Source: a bacterium (lineage in GTDB: Bacteria; Patescibacteriota; Minisyncoccia; Phycocordibacterales; UBA2100). Taken from it: a stretch of DNA of 64,000 nt. Shown one piece after another: positions 1 through 9,809 of this stretch (the first letter of the stretch is position 1; each line of letters starts with the position of its first letter). The stretch is taken from NCBI GenBank assembly GCA_030674455.1, contig JAUSGQ010000029.1:6625-70624 (forward strand). The letters run 5' to 3'. Below the pieces are notes generated by a model. That model saw only the letters and a program-made list of their open reading frames with translations. It did no database searches and was not told the DNA's origin. The position numbers and the translations under genes are program-made.

Positions 1-1
1 A

Positions 2-444
2 TCAACTTCCGGCGACTTAAACATCTCTTCCAACGACAACAACGGCGCTCTAATCAACGACAGTTACTCCGCATGGAACATCAAACTCGGAGGCCAGTCA
101 GACGCCTTCGCAATTCAACGTTCTCCGACAGGCACACTCTCGTACGCCAACTTCTTTAACATCAAGAACAACGGCAATGTCGGCATCGGAACATCTTCTC
201 CATACGCAATGCTCTCCGTTGCAGGCCAAGTCGTCGGCACTTACTTCACCGCCACATCCACCTCGCAAGCCAACACATTCCCGTACGCAAGCACGACCGC
301 GCTCACCGCAAGCGGAAACGCATACCTCGGCACAACGACCATCACAAATCTCGCCGTCTCCAACACGAGTACATCAACATTCGCTGGCGGACTCCAATCG
401 ACATATCTGAACATCACCGGCACATTGGCCACGAGTACATTCGC
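2..444 (+). repeat. Internal ~443-bp direct repeat, copy 1 (copy 2 at 2828-3270)
   Basis: Near-identical nucleotide sequence at offset 2826, encoding STSGDLNISSNDNNG...TSTFA. Confidence 0.95.
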
Positions 445-3400
445 AAACGGCATCACCACATCCGGCGGAGGACTCGGGATAGGAACATCCACGCCTGCAG
501 GTACAGTCGGCATCAACGGCAACCTATTCGTATCAAATGCAAACGCCTCTTCCACCTTCACCGGCAACGTGGAAGTTTTGGGCGGGCTGAAAATCGGCAC
601 TGGCTCTATTTATCTAAACGGCTCCGCCACTAGCACCTACTCATCTGGACTCCAGGCAAGTGCGCTAAATATCACCGGCACATCCGCAACATCAACATTC
701 GCGCGAGGCATTGACCTCGCTGGTGGATGTTTCAGCATCAACGGCACTTGTGTTGGTGGAGGCGGGACAGACACAGTGGTACGGCTCGGCTCGATACAAA
801 CTTTCAGCGCCTCGTCAACAAATCTCACCTACACAACGCCAGCGAGTACCTCTTATATTGTTGTTGAAGTATGGGGTAGCGGTGGTGGCGGCGGTGGTGG
901 CGGCGATGGTGCCAGCCAGGGCGGCGGTGGCGGCGGCGCTGGCGGGTACTCAATGAAGTTCATTACAAGTCCTGCTTCTACGTACAAATACACGATTACC
1001 GATGGCGGGACTGGCGGTCAAAACGGTGCCAATGGTTCCGCTGGCGGCACGTCATGCTTCGGAACAAACGCCACTGCGTGCACCACTCCGCTCCTAAGCG
1101 CGACCGGAGGCGCCCTTGGGAGTGGCACAGCAGGTGCCGGCGGTGCCGGTGGCGCTGGTTTCAGCGGTGATGTCAATATGACTGGCCAGGGCGGCATTGG
1201 CGGTGGCAACCGCGGTGGGACAGGCGGTAGCGCTCCACGGGGCGGCGGTGGAGGTGTTGGTGGTCCCGAGAATAGCGTTGGCGCGAGTTTCGGCGGCGGC
1301 GGCGGCGGTGCTGCCGCCGCGGGTAGCGCAACAGACGGTGGTAACGGAGGTGTGGGCGGCATCATCGTCTACGAATACAAGACTGTCACATCAGGTACCG
1401 ACCTCGCCGAGAACTATCCTGTTTCTGACCCATCCATATCAGCGGGTGAAATTGTTTCTTTTGACGGAGTGAATCCAATATTCGTTAAGCGTGCGGAGAA
1501 AGGCGAAGGACGACCGCTCGCGGGAATCATTTCCACAAAGCCCGGCCTTCTCCTAGACGATAACGATGACTCGCTCGGAGAAAGGCCCGTCGCTCTTGCC
1601 GGCCGCGTGCCGACGAAAGTTTCCGCAGAGAACGGCCCAATCGCTATCGGCGACCGCATCACGCTTTCCTCGGTGCCGGGTGTCGGTATGAAAGCGAACA
1701 TATTTGACGAATCCATAGGTGTCGCGCTTGAACCGTATGATGCAGACCCTTCGACAATCTCAGGGCAGGCGGGCGTTATCCAAGTCTTTATGAACCTTCA
1801 GCCGGGCATTGACGTGCAGGCAATCGGCAAAGCACTTATCGCTCCCGTTGCAACATCAACGCCCAACACCTTCGACTTCGTCGGCTCGCTAATTGATGCC
1901 ATCGCCGCTCGCATGGGAACCACGACCGTCACGAATGTCGCGCTCACAAATTCATCAACCACTGCGACCGACCTGCTCTGCCTTGGTGGCGATTGCCGCA
2001 CGGCGTGGCCTGACATTGCGACCTCAACGATTGACTTCTCGCAGTACGCGACGCTTGCCGATTTTGCCGTTGCAACCTCCAGTATGTTCGACTTCGTAAG
2101 TCGAACATACGTCACGAAGTATGAATTTGATGCGCTTTTTGCAACCACGACATCCTTGTCCGCCGAAGTCCTTGCGACGAAGGCGGAGCTTGCCGATTTA
2201 ACTACGAACTACGGACTACTGACTACGAACTACTCCACACAAGGAGACACCTTGTCGCAACTCGCATCCGCACTCGCAGGCCTCGCAACTTCTACTCCCG
2301 ATCTATCGCAATACGCATCCCAAGACTGGGTCTCCGCCCTCGTCGCCTCTTCTACGGACTACGCACTACGCACTACGAACTTTTTGACGGGAACAATGAC
2401 AGGAAATATTCTGCCCGACACAGACAACCTCTACGCCCTCGGCTCGCCGGAGAACCGCCTATCTAATGTGTACGCCAAGAACATCAACGCAGGCGACCTC
2501 ACATTCACCGAAACCACGAGCGCAATCTCCGGCGACACCCTCGCCGTCGGCGACATGGTTTCTCTTTACGTCACTTCAACAGCAGGAAGCACCCACACAA
2601 TTCCAATCAACCTCCGCACCGCGCTCAACTCCAACAGCTGGGGGGCCAACAATATCTTCTTCAATACGACAGGAGGATTCGGCATCGGCATCTCCAGCAC
2701 CACAGCTCTCCGAGCGAAGCTTGACGTGGAAGGCGCAATCGCCTCCGGCGACTCCCGCTACCTCACTCTCGCCAACACATCAGGAGCGAACGGCAACGCC
2801 GCCCTCCCGTACAGCTTCACCATCCCCTCAACTTCAGGCGACTTGAACATCTCCTCCAACGACAACAACGGCGCTCTCGTCAACTCCAGCTACTCCGCAT
2901 GGAACATCAACCTTGGAGGCCAATCAGACGCCTTTGCCATACAACGCTCTCCCAATGGAACACTTTCATACGCCAACTTCTTCAACATCAAGAACAACGG
3001 CAACGTCGGCATCGGAACATCTTCTCCATACGCCATGCTCTCGGTGGCAGGCCAAGTTGTCGGCACTTACTTCACCGCCACATCCACAACACTGGCTAAC
3101 ACCTTCCCATACGCAAGCACGACCGCGCTCACCGCAAGCGGAAACGCATACCTCGGCACAACGACCATCACAAACCTCGCCGTCTCCAACACGAGTACAT
3201 CAACATTCGCTGGCGGGCTCCAATCTACATATCTAAACATCACAGGCACAGTGTCGACATCAACATTCGCCAGAGGTATTGACCTCTCCGGCGGATGCTT
3301 CTCGGTGAATGGCACATGCGTCGGCGGTTCTTCCGTCACGGGTACGACCGGACAGCTTACATACTTCAGCGATACGAATACTGCCGTAGGCACATCCACG

Positions 3401-6385
3401 CTCTTTGTCTCCACCGCGAGCAACGTCGGAATCGGAACAACGACGCCCAACTGGACGCTGACATCTTCCAACTCAACAGGCCCTCAGCTTTCCCTCGGCG
3501 ATGGCTCCAACAACTCATGGACATTCAGAAACTCCGGCGCGACACTGTATCTCGCGACTTCCACATACTCCGCCACTTCAACAACAGCGGCTCTTGCCTT
3601 CAACAACTCCACGGGTGCCGCGACATTCGGCTCTCCCGCCACATCAACATTCACAGGAGGAATAACATCTACATACCTGAACATCACCGGCACAAACGCC
3701 ACTTCAACATTCGCTAGAGGAATTGACATCGCGGGCGGATGCTTCGCGATAAATGGAACGTGCGTGGGCGGCTCGTCGCTCACAGGCACCACCGGACAGC
3801 TCGCATACTTTAGCGGTACAGACACCGGAGTTGGAACTTCCACACTATTCATCTCCACAGCAAGCAATGTCGGCATCGGGACGACGACGCCGGGAGCAAC
3901 TCTCACAATCCAAGCCGCTCTCAACGCGACACCATTCATAATTGCATCCTCCACCGGCGCGACGATGCTCTCGGTAGACACGACCGGCGCGCTTTCGGCC
4001 AAATTAAAACAACTCACTGCCGATTACACCGTTGATTCCTCCAGTGCAAGCATCAGTGTCGGCGACGTCGTTTCGTATATCAATGGGAATGCGAAGAAAG
4101 CTAATGCCGTTGTCCCAGGCACCACCATCACCGCCGGCACTCCAGTCGCCGCCAATGCCGTCGCCTCCTCACCCGTCTCCGCCACCACCCTTGACGCCAC
4201 CCACTTCGTGGTGGCATATTCGGGTACTTCAGGCTATGCCAATGCTGTCGTAGGCACCGTCTCCGGCACAACCATCACATACGGCACTCCCGTCGCCCTA
4301 AACGCCGTCGCCTCCACCTACACCTCCGCCACCACCCTTGATTCTACCCACTTTGTGGTGGCGTATAGAAACGGAAGTACAGGCTACGCCAATGCTGTCG
4401 TATCCACCGTCTCCGGTACCACCATCACCGCTGGCACCCCCGTTGCCCTGAACGCCGTTGGCTCCACCTTACAGAATTCAAACTCATCAGCAGTCGCCGC
4501 TCTTGACTCCACCCACTTCGTGGTAGCGTATCGGAACGATGATACCACTTATGCCAACGCCGTCGTCTCCTCAGTCTCCGGTACCACCATCACCGCCGGC
4601 ACTCCCGTAGCGTTGAACGCCGTCGCCTCCAGCTACACCGCCACCGCCTCCCTTGACGCCACCCACTTCGTGGTTACGTATAAGGGCGCCTCAGGCTACG
4701 CCAATGCCGTTGTATCCTCAGTCTCCGGTACCACCATCACCGCCGGCACTCCCGCGGTTCTTAATGCCATCAATTCTTTCTACTCAAATACCGCCTCCCT
4801 TGACGCCACCCACTTCGTGGTAGCGTATTATAACGCGACAACAGGCTTCGGTGACGCCGTCATCTCCTCAGTCTCCGGTACCACCATCACCGCCGGCACT
4901 CCCGTGGCTCTTAATGCTGTTACCTCTACCTCCTACTCCGTCAACGCTCTGGACTCCACCCACTTTGTGGTTGCGTATAATGGCACATCAAACTACGCTA
5001 CCGCCGTCGTTTCTATCGTCTCCGGCACCACTTTCACTCCCGGCACTCCCGTGGCTCTTAATGCCGTTGCATCTGGGTTACATTCCGTTGCGGTCATAGA
5101 CGCCACCCACTTTGTGACGGCGTATCAGAACAACGTTACAACCTACGCTGACGCCGTCGTCTCTAGTCTCAATACCGTTATCGCCGCTGGTACTAACATT
5201 CTCGGCATGGCCACCAACGCTACGACGAGTACTAATAATACGATTACAGTTGCCTCCAACGGCATCGTGACAGGTCTCTCCGGTCTTACCGCTGGAAGCA
5301 CCTACTATTGGAATGGGGCGCTTACCACCACTGCGAGCACCAACTACCCCGTCGGAATCGCGCTCACCACCACCTCAATGCTTCTCAACTCCGGCAATCG
5401 CGGTGCGAGCGCGAGTACCGACCAATTCTTCGGCGATATGATATTCGCCAACAACTTCCGCATCACGGAGAATCAGAGTCTGCCCAACTCGCTCATCTTC
5501 AAGAACCAGCTCAGCCGCGACATCATGTCGCTGGACGAAAACGGCAACATTGCTCTTTCCGGGTTGCTCACGGCCTCCAATATCGGACCGAACATTTTCA
5601 ACCTGCTTGGCACGACTACTATAGATGAGCTCACGGCTTCGACCACCTTGACAAGCTCGGGGCAAGCAAGCACAACACCCACATGGGCAGGGGCGTTCGC
5701 AGACGCGAGTGATACGCTCAAGAGCGCTCTGCAAGAGTTCTCCGACGCGGTAGTTCAAGTCTTCGGCCGGGCAATCTACGCGACAGCGGGCATATTTGAA
5801 AAAATATTTTCAAAAGAGGTGCACACAGACAAACTCTGCGTTTCAGATTCGGAAGGGGAGACATGCGTTACGCGCGCCCAGCTTGATGTGCTTCTTGCTT
5901 CAGCTGCGACTGGAGCCGCTTCCGCCGAAGGCGGAAGTGGCGAAACAGCCAGCTCAACAGTGAGTAGCAGTACTGCCACATCTTCGGATTCTTCCGCGTC
6001 TTCTGCGTCTAGTTCCGCGCCGTCTGCGGGCGATAGTCAGGTGCCGACTATCGCCATCAACGGCAACAATCCCTCGAACATCACAATAGGCGACACCTAT
6101 GGCGACCTCGGAGCCATCATCACCGGCCCGACAGAATCAGACAAAAATCTTGGCATCTACACATTCCTCGATGGTGTGGCGATGGACACCATACAATTAG
6201 ATACGAGCGTGGCAGGCGAGCATACAATAGATTACGTCGCCACGAACTCCTTCGGCGCCGCGACCAGTACGCGCACAGTGATAATTGAAGCCCCGGCAGA
6301 AGTAGTTGTTGAAGTTCCGGCAGACACGGCAACTACGACAGACTCAACTGCGACTACAACGTCTGCAACAAGTACAACGCCTTAG
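2..6385 (+). CDS. Giant (>2100 aa, 5'-truncated) modular surface/fibre-like protein: GIGTSSP/ATSTF repeats, Gly-rich domain, intramolecular-chaperone-like domain, 7-repeat propeller-like region, C-terminal DUF5011-like Ig domain
   Basis: The frame is open from position 2 into the 209..6385 ORF. Motifs: GNVGIGTSSP, SGTDLAENY...GIISTKPG...PVALAGRVP, 7x GTTITAGTPVALN...LDATHFVVAY, and C-terminal PTIAINGNNP...TYGDLGA...HTIDYVATN. Confidence 0.85.
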   Translation, partial: STSGDLNISSNDNNGALINDSYSAWNIKLGGQSDAFAIQRSPTGTLSYANFFNIKNNGNVGIGTSSPYAMLSVAGQVVGTYFTATSTSQANTFPYASTTALTASGNAYLGTTTITNLAVSNTSTSTFAGGLQSTYLNITGTLATSTFANGITTSGGGLGIGTSTPAGTVGINGNLFVSNANASSTFTGNVEVLGGLKIGTGSIYLNGSATSTYSSGLQASALNITGTSATSTFARGIDLAGGCFSINGTCVGGGGTDTVVRLGSIQTFSASSTNLTYTTPASTSYIVVEVWGSGGGGGGGGDGASQGGGGGGAGGYSMKFITSPASTYKYTITDGGTGGQNGANGSAGGTSCFGTNATACTTPLLSATGGALGSGTAGAGGAGGAGFSGDVNMTGQGGIGGGNRGGTGGSAPRGGGGGVGGPENSVGASFGGGGGGAAAAGSATDGGNGGVGGIIVYEYKTVTSGTDLAENYPVSDPSISAGEIVSFDGVNPIFVKRAEKGEGRPLAGIISTKPGLLLDDNDDSLGERPVALAGRVPTKVSAENGPIAIGDRITLSSVPGVGMKANIFDESIGVALEPYDADPSTISGQAGVIQVFMNLQPGIDVQAIGKALIAPVATSTPNTFDFVGSLIDAIAARMGTTTVTNVALTNSSTTATDLLCLGGDCRTAWPDIATSTIDFSQYATLADFAVATSSMFDFVSRTYVTKYEFDALFATTTSLSAEVLATKAELADLTTNYGLLTTNYSTQGDTLSQLASALAGLATSTPDLSQYASQDWVSALVASSTDYALRTTNFLTGTMTGNILPDTDNLYALGSPENRLSNVYAKNINAGDLTFTETTSAISGDTLAVGDMVSLYVTSTAGSTHTIPINLRTALNSNSWGANNIFFNTTGGFGIGISSTTALRAKLDVEGAIASGDSRYLTLANTSGANGNAALPYSFTIPSTSGDLNISSNDNNGALVNSSYSAWNINLGGQSDAFAIQRSPNGTLSYANFFNIKNNGNVGIGTSSPYAMLSVAGQVVGTYFTATSTTLANTFPYASTTALTASGNAYLGTTTITNLAVSNTSTSTFAGGLQSTYLNITGTVSTSTFARGIDLSGGCFSVNGTCVGGSSVTGTTGQLTYFSDTNTAVGTSTLFVSTASNVGIGTTTPNWTLTSSNSTGPQLSLGDGSNNSWTFRNSGATLYLATSTYSATSTTAALAFNNSTGAATFGSPATSTFTGGITSTYLNITGTNATSTFARGIDIAGGCFAINGTCVGGSSLTGTTGQLAYFSGTDTGVGTSTLFISTASNVGIGTTTPGATLTIQAALNATPFIIASSTGATMLSVDTTGALSAKLKQLTADYTVDSSSASISVGDVVSYINGNAKKANAVVPGTTITAGTPVAANAVASSPVSATTLDATHFVVAYSGTSGYANAVVGTVSGTTITYGTPVALNAVASTYTSATTLDSTHFVVAYRNGSTGYANAVVSTVSGTTITAGTPVALNAVGSTLQNSNSSAVAALDSTHFVVAYRNDDTTYANAVVSSVSGTTITAGTPVALNAVASSYTATASLDATHFVVTYKGASGYANAVVSSVSGTTITAGTPAVLNAINSFYSNTASLDATHFVVAYYNATTGFGDAVISSVSGTTITAGTPVALNAVTSTSYSVNALDSTHFVVAYNGTSNYATAVVSIVSGTTFTPGTPVALNAVASGLHSVAVIDATHFVTAYQNNVTTYADAVVSSLNTVIAAGTNILGMATNATTSTNNTITVASNGIVTGLSGLTAGSTYYWNGALTTTASTNYPVGIALTTTSMLLNSGNRGASASTDQFFGDMIFANNFRITENQSLPNSLIFKNQLSRDIMSLDENGNIALSGLLTASNIGPNIFNLLGTTTIDELTASTTLTSSGQASTTPTWAGAFADASDTLKSALQEFSDAVVQVFGRAIYATAGIFEKIFSKEVHTDKLCVSDSEGETCVTRAQLDVLLASAATGAASAEGGSGETASSTVSSSTATSSDSSASSASSSAPSAGDSQVPTIAINGNNPSNITIGDTYGDLGAIITGPTESDKNLGIYTFLDGVAMDTIQLDTSVAGEHTIDYVATNSFGAATSTRTVIIEAPAEVVVEVPADTATTTDSTATTTSATSTTP
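2828..3270 (+). repeat. Internal ~443-bp direct repeat, copy 2
   Basis: Matches 2-444 with scattered substitutions. Confidence 0.95.
4118..5170 (+). repeat. Seven tandem ~150-bp coding repeats (probable 7-bladed beta-propeller)
   Basis: Seven units of GTTITAGTPVALNAV..S......LDATHFVVAY.....YANAVVS.VS. Confidence 0.9.
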
Positions 6386-6444
6386 ATAATAAATAAAAAC
6401 GTATGAAAAAAGACTTTAACAAAGTGAATGTGTGGATAAGCAAA

Positions 6445-6478
6445 AGCGCGGCGGCTCTGCCGCCGCGCTGGTACAATG
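6445..6478 (+). promoter_or_regulatory. Hairpin agcgcggcggc-tct-gccgccgcgct directly followed by extended -10 (TGgTACAAT) of rhuM-like gene
   Basis: 11-bp inverted repeat at 6445-6469; TACAAT 9 nt before the ATG at 6487. Confidence 0.6.
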
Positions 6479-6486
6479 AGTAAAAT

Positions 6487-7506
6487 ATGAAGAAAAAAAA
6501 TAAACTTCCTGACAATCAAATAACATTTTATGAATCACCCGACGGAACGGTGAACATTGAAGTGTTATATGCTGAAGAAAACATTTGGCTTACTCAAAAA
6601 AGAATGGCCGAGCTCTTTAATTGTTCCACAGACAACATTTCGCTTCACTTAAAGAATATTTATCAGGAAAATGAAGTTGACCAAAAATCAACTACCGAGG
6701 AATTCTCGGTAGTTCAAAAAGAGGGAGAAAGAAAGATTGCTCGAAAAGTCACTTTTTATAGTCTCGAGGCCATTATCGCCGTAGGGTATCGAGTAAGCTC
6801 CGAGCGCGGAACACAATTTCGCCAGTGGGCAACGGGCATTTTGAAAAAGTATATCCACAAGGGGTACTCGCTGGATGTGAATCGAATGAAATACGGCTCT
6901 CGTTTTAGCACAAGATATTTTGACGAGCTGTACGAAGAAATCAGAGATATCCGTACGGGTGAGCGGATGATGTATCAAAAAATCACCGATATTTATGCAA
7001 CGGCAATCGATTATTCGCCAAAAGCACATGAGAGCAAAGAATTTTTTGCCACCGTACAAAACAAACTGCACTTTGCCATAACGGGAAAAACTGCGGCAGA
7101 AATTATCACAGAGCGAGTAAGCAGTAAAAAAGACAAAATGGGATTAACGTCTTGGCGATGCTCTCCGAGAGGGAAAATTATGTCAAGCGACACCGTCATT
7201 GCCAAAAATTACTTGGACAAAAAAGAACTAGAACATTTGAACCGCATTGGAAATATGTATTTGGACTATGCTGAATTACAAGTGGCTCGGAGCAAAACAA
7301 TGACTATGAAGGATTGGATAAAAAAACTCAATGCCTTTCTCAAATTTAGCGAATATGAGATTTTGACGAACGCGGGAAAAATATCGCACGAGGTGGCAGT
7401 AGTTTTAGCAGAGCGTGAGTATGGAAAATACCGCGCGATTCAAGACAAAAATTACATTTCTGATTTTGACCGTGAAGTGAAGAAACTACGCAAAAAAACG
7501 CCATGA
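6487..7506 (+). CDS. Virulence RhuM-family DNA-binding protein
   Basis: Motifs WLTQKRMAELF, ISLHLKNIY, YSLEAIIAVGYRV, QFRQWAT, FFATVQNKLHFAITGKTAAE, IAKNYL. Confidence 0.9.
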   Translation: MKKKNKLPDNQITFYESPDGTVNIEVLYAEENIWLTQKRMAELFNCSTDNISLHLKNIYQENEVDQKSTTEEFSVVQKEGERKIARKVTFYSLEAIIAVGYRVSSERGTQFRQWATGILKKYIHKGYSLDVNRMKYGSRFSTRYFDELYEEIRDIRTGERMMYQKITDIYATAIDYSPKAHESKEFFATVQNKLHFAITGKTAAEIITERVSSKKDKMGLTSWRCSPRGKIMSSDTVIAKNYLDKKELEHLNRIGNMYLDYAELQVARSKTMTMKDWIKKLNAFLKFSEYEILTNAGKISHEVAVVLAEREYGKYRAIQDKNYISDFDREVKKLRKKTP

Positions 7507-8981
7507 AAAACTTCACCCAAAAAACATTCGGGATTGTCACATCACTTGCGTTAGTATTCGGGCCATTCATAGCACTCGCTCCGAGCGCGAGCGCGGCCTC
7601 CTATGTCAACATCGCAGTCCCCTCAAATACCAGTCTTACCGGAGGACTCTTGCTCTTCTACACTCTTGACGGCACGAAATTCTCTACCACCACCGTCACC
7701 GACATGAGCGGGAACGGGAAGACTGGGACGCCTTCTGTGGCAAGATCGGCTGTTGCGGCCGCGGCGGCACAAGGACAACAAGCATACACAACCGCACAAT
7801 CTACAAGCTGGACTGCTCCCGCCGGAGTAACGAGCGTGAGTGTGGTTTGCGTTGGAGGTGGTGGTAGTTGGGGATCGTACGATGATGGAGAAACACTTTA
7901 CATCAGGTCAGCTGGTGGGGGTGCTCTTGCTTATGCTAATAATATAACAGTAGTGCCAGGTAATGCATATGATGTAGTTGTCGGTAATCATGCACCATCT
8001 AACGGAGGTGTTGGCAATCCCGGTGGAGCAAGTTCCTTTAATGTTACCACATGCAAAGCAAATGGTGGTGGGAGTGGAAGCAACACGTCATCTGCGACAC
8101 ATGGATTAGGCGGAACGGTGGTGTATGGAACTGGTGGAAGTGGAGGTAACGGTGAACAAACTGGCCTCATGTCTGCTGGCGGTGCTGGTGGATATTCGGG
8201 CAATGGCGGCGCAGGCGGGAACGCGACCGGAGGAAATGGCAGTGGTGGAGGTGGAGGAGGAGGTGCTTATGCGGGAGGGATAGGACGTGCTGGTGGGGGT
8301 GTTGGTATTTTAGGGGAGGGAACAAGTGGGGCTGGCGGCACTTCTGGTACTCCCGATGGCGGAGGAGGATCTGGTGGAGGAACGGGGGGAAATGGAAATA
8401 ATATATATGGAGGCGCACCCAAATATGGTGACCTTGCGGCAGTAGGTGCCGTTCGCATCATCTGGGGCACCAGTCGCTCATTCCCATCTACGAATACTGG
8501 GGATATGTCGACAGTCGAGGGAGTCGCGGGAGTCGCCACCACCACAGCCCCCCTCAAAACCACCGGTAAAATCGGCCAAGCCATCAAGTTTGATGGAATC
8601 ACTGCGAGCACCACCGTCGGCAATGTATCCTCATCAGTAAAGTCAGTCGCATTCTGGGCCAAGGTCGCCACCTCAACTACCCAGCAGAACATCATTGACC
8701 TCAACGGCAGTGGAGCAAATATTGAAATCGTAAATGGCGTTGTCACCGCCAACGGCTTCACCAGCCCCACTATATATGTAGACGGAGCAGTAACTTCTAC
8801 CCTCAACAACACCAACTGGCACCATGTAGTAATCACCACCGGCACGAATGTAAACGCCAGCAACGTCTCTCTCGGCGTCGCCTCATCAACCTACTTCGGC
8901 GGCTCTCTAGACGACCTCCGCATCTATAATAAGGCACTATCTGCAAGCGAGGTGAGGAGACTGTACGGATTGGGGAACTAA
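7503..8981 (+). CDS. Secreted LamG-like (concanavalin A) domain protein with inserted Gly-rich domain
   Basis: Signal peptide; GLLLFYTLDG...DMSGNG; GKIGQAIKFDG; WHHVVIT; LDDLRIYNKALS. Confidence 0.8.
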   Translation: MKNFTQKTFGIVTSLALVFGPFIALAPSASAASYVNIAVPSNTSLTGGLLLFYTLDGTKFSTTTVTDMSGNGKTGTPSVARSAVAAAAAQGQQAYTTAQSTSWTAPAGVTSVSVVCVGGGGSWGSYDDGETLYIRSAGGGALAYANNITVVPGNAYDVVVGNHAPSNGGVGNPGGASSFNVTTCKANGGGSGSNTSSATHGLGGTVVYGTGGSGGNGEQTGLMSAGGAGGYSGNGGAGGNATGGNGSGGGGGGGAYAGGIGRAGGGVGILGEGTSGAGGTSGTPDGGGGSGGGTGGNGNNIYGGAPKYGDLAAVGAVRIIWGTSRSFPSTNTGDMSTVEGVAGVATTTAPLKTTGKIGQAIKFDGITASTTVGNVSSSVKSVAFWAKVATSTTQQNIIDLNGSGANIEIVNGVVTANGFTSPTIYVDGAVTSTLNNTNWHHVVITTGTNVNASNVSLGVASSTYFGGSLDDLRIYNKALSASEVRRLYGLGN

Positions 8982-9026
8982 CTATCTGCGCATATCCCAG
9001 AGGCAAGTCAAAACCATCAAGGCTCA

Positions 9027-9055
9027 AAACCATCAAGGCGACGCCTTGATGGTTT
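9027..9055. repeat. REP-like palindrome aaaccatcaaggcg-a-cgccttgatggttt overlapping the RAYT1 stop (half copy at 9010-9023)
   Basis: Perfect 14-bp arms. Confidence 0.9.
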
Positions 9056-9740
9056 CAGTAAAATAAGGGTCATCGGTCGCGACACTTGCGTAATACGCGC
9101 GGGCGTCCTCGAGCATTTTGCGTGGCGCGGTATTGCGGTACACGTCAAACGCGTCGCGGGAAAGTATTGCGACGATGTCTCGTTTCTCACCCGCAAAATC
9201 CGGAAAACTCGAATAGCGATATCCGCGCAGGAATTTTTCCAGCCGTGCCATGTCGCGCACCGCTCCTTTTTTCCATCCCGGTGCGAAGCGCTCGGCAGGA
9301 TTGCAATGGATGTAGTTGACGACGTGCTGGAAGTAGAGGTCTTCCCCCACATGCCGCGAGCGAAACGGTTTCATAAAAAGATTTCCTGTTCGATCGTTTT
9401 TCTTGTTGAAGTACATCGTGTACGCGGTACCGAGTTTCTGCATAAAGCGTGTGATCCCGCCCTCCATGATCTCCTTGAGAAGCAGGTGAAAATGATTCGG
9501 CATGAGGCAGTATGCCCCGATAGATACAAGAGCATTGGAGCGTTCAAGGGAAATTATCTCGCTCGTCGTTCGCTCCGAGAGATTGCTCCGATGCAGCGTG
9601 TCCGTCGAGTTCGCCAGATAGAGAATCTGTAAGAAGCGTTCCGAATTATCCTCGCTTTCGAAGACTATCCGCTTCTCGATGCCTCTGTTGTAACAGTGGA
9701 ACCATTCGTCGATTTGGAATGGGACTGGACGTTGCGCCAT
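9033..9740 (-). mobile_element. RAYT/IS200-like Y1 (HUH) tyrosine transposase, copy 1
   Basis: HCYNRG, YCLMPNHFHLL (HUH), YFN, G.LF..PF, YIHCNP, YRYSS. Start at MAQRP, 6 nt after a -10 box (TACACT). Confidence 0.9.
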
Positions 9741-9761
9741 ACGGCAAGTGTACCACAAGAA

Positions 9762-9788
9762 AACCATCAAGGCGACGCCTTGATGGTT
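9762..9788. repeat. Second copy of the RAYT1 palindrome, in its promoter region
   Basis: aaccatcaaggcg-a-cgccttgatggtt. Confidence 0.9.
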
Positions 9789-9809
9789 CTTCAAGGAGCG
9801 TCGTGTGGA

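Noticed and set aside
2-3270. 443-bp duplication as a DGR template/variable repeat pair (with the Avd-like gene at 28390)
   Set aside because: Differences are not adenine-specific, both copies are coding, and no reverse transcriptase is in the window.
4118-5170. Regularly spaced repeats as a CRISPR array
   Set aside because: They are in-frame coding repeats with synonymous variation, have no unique spacers, and no cas genes are present.
209-8981. Prophage, suggested by tail-fibre-like domains
   Set aside because: There are no capsid, terminase or integrase genes; the LamG protein has a signal peptide and the context is chromosomal.
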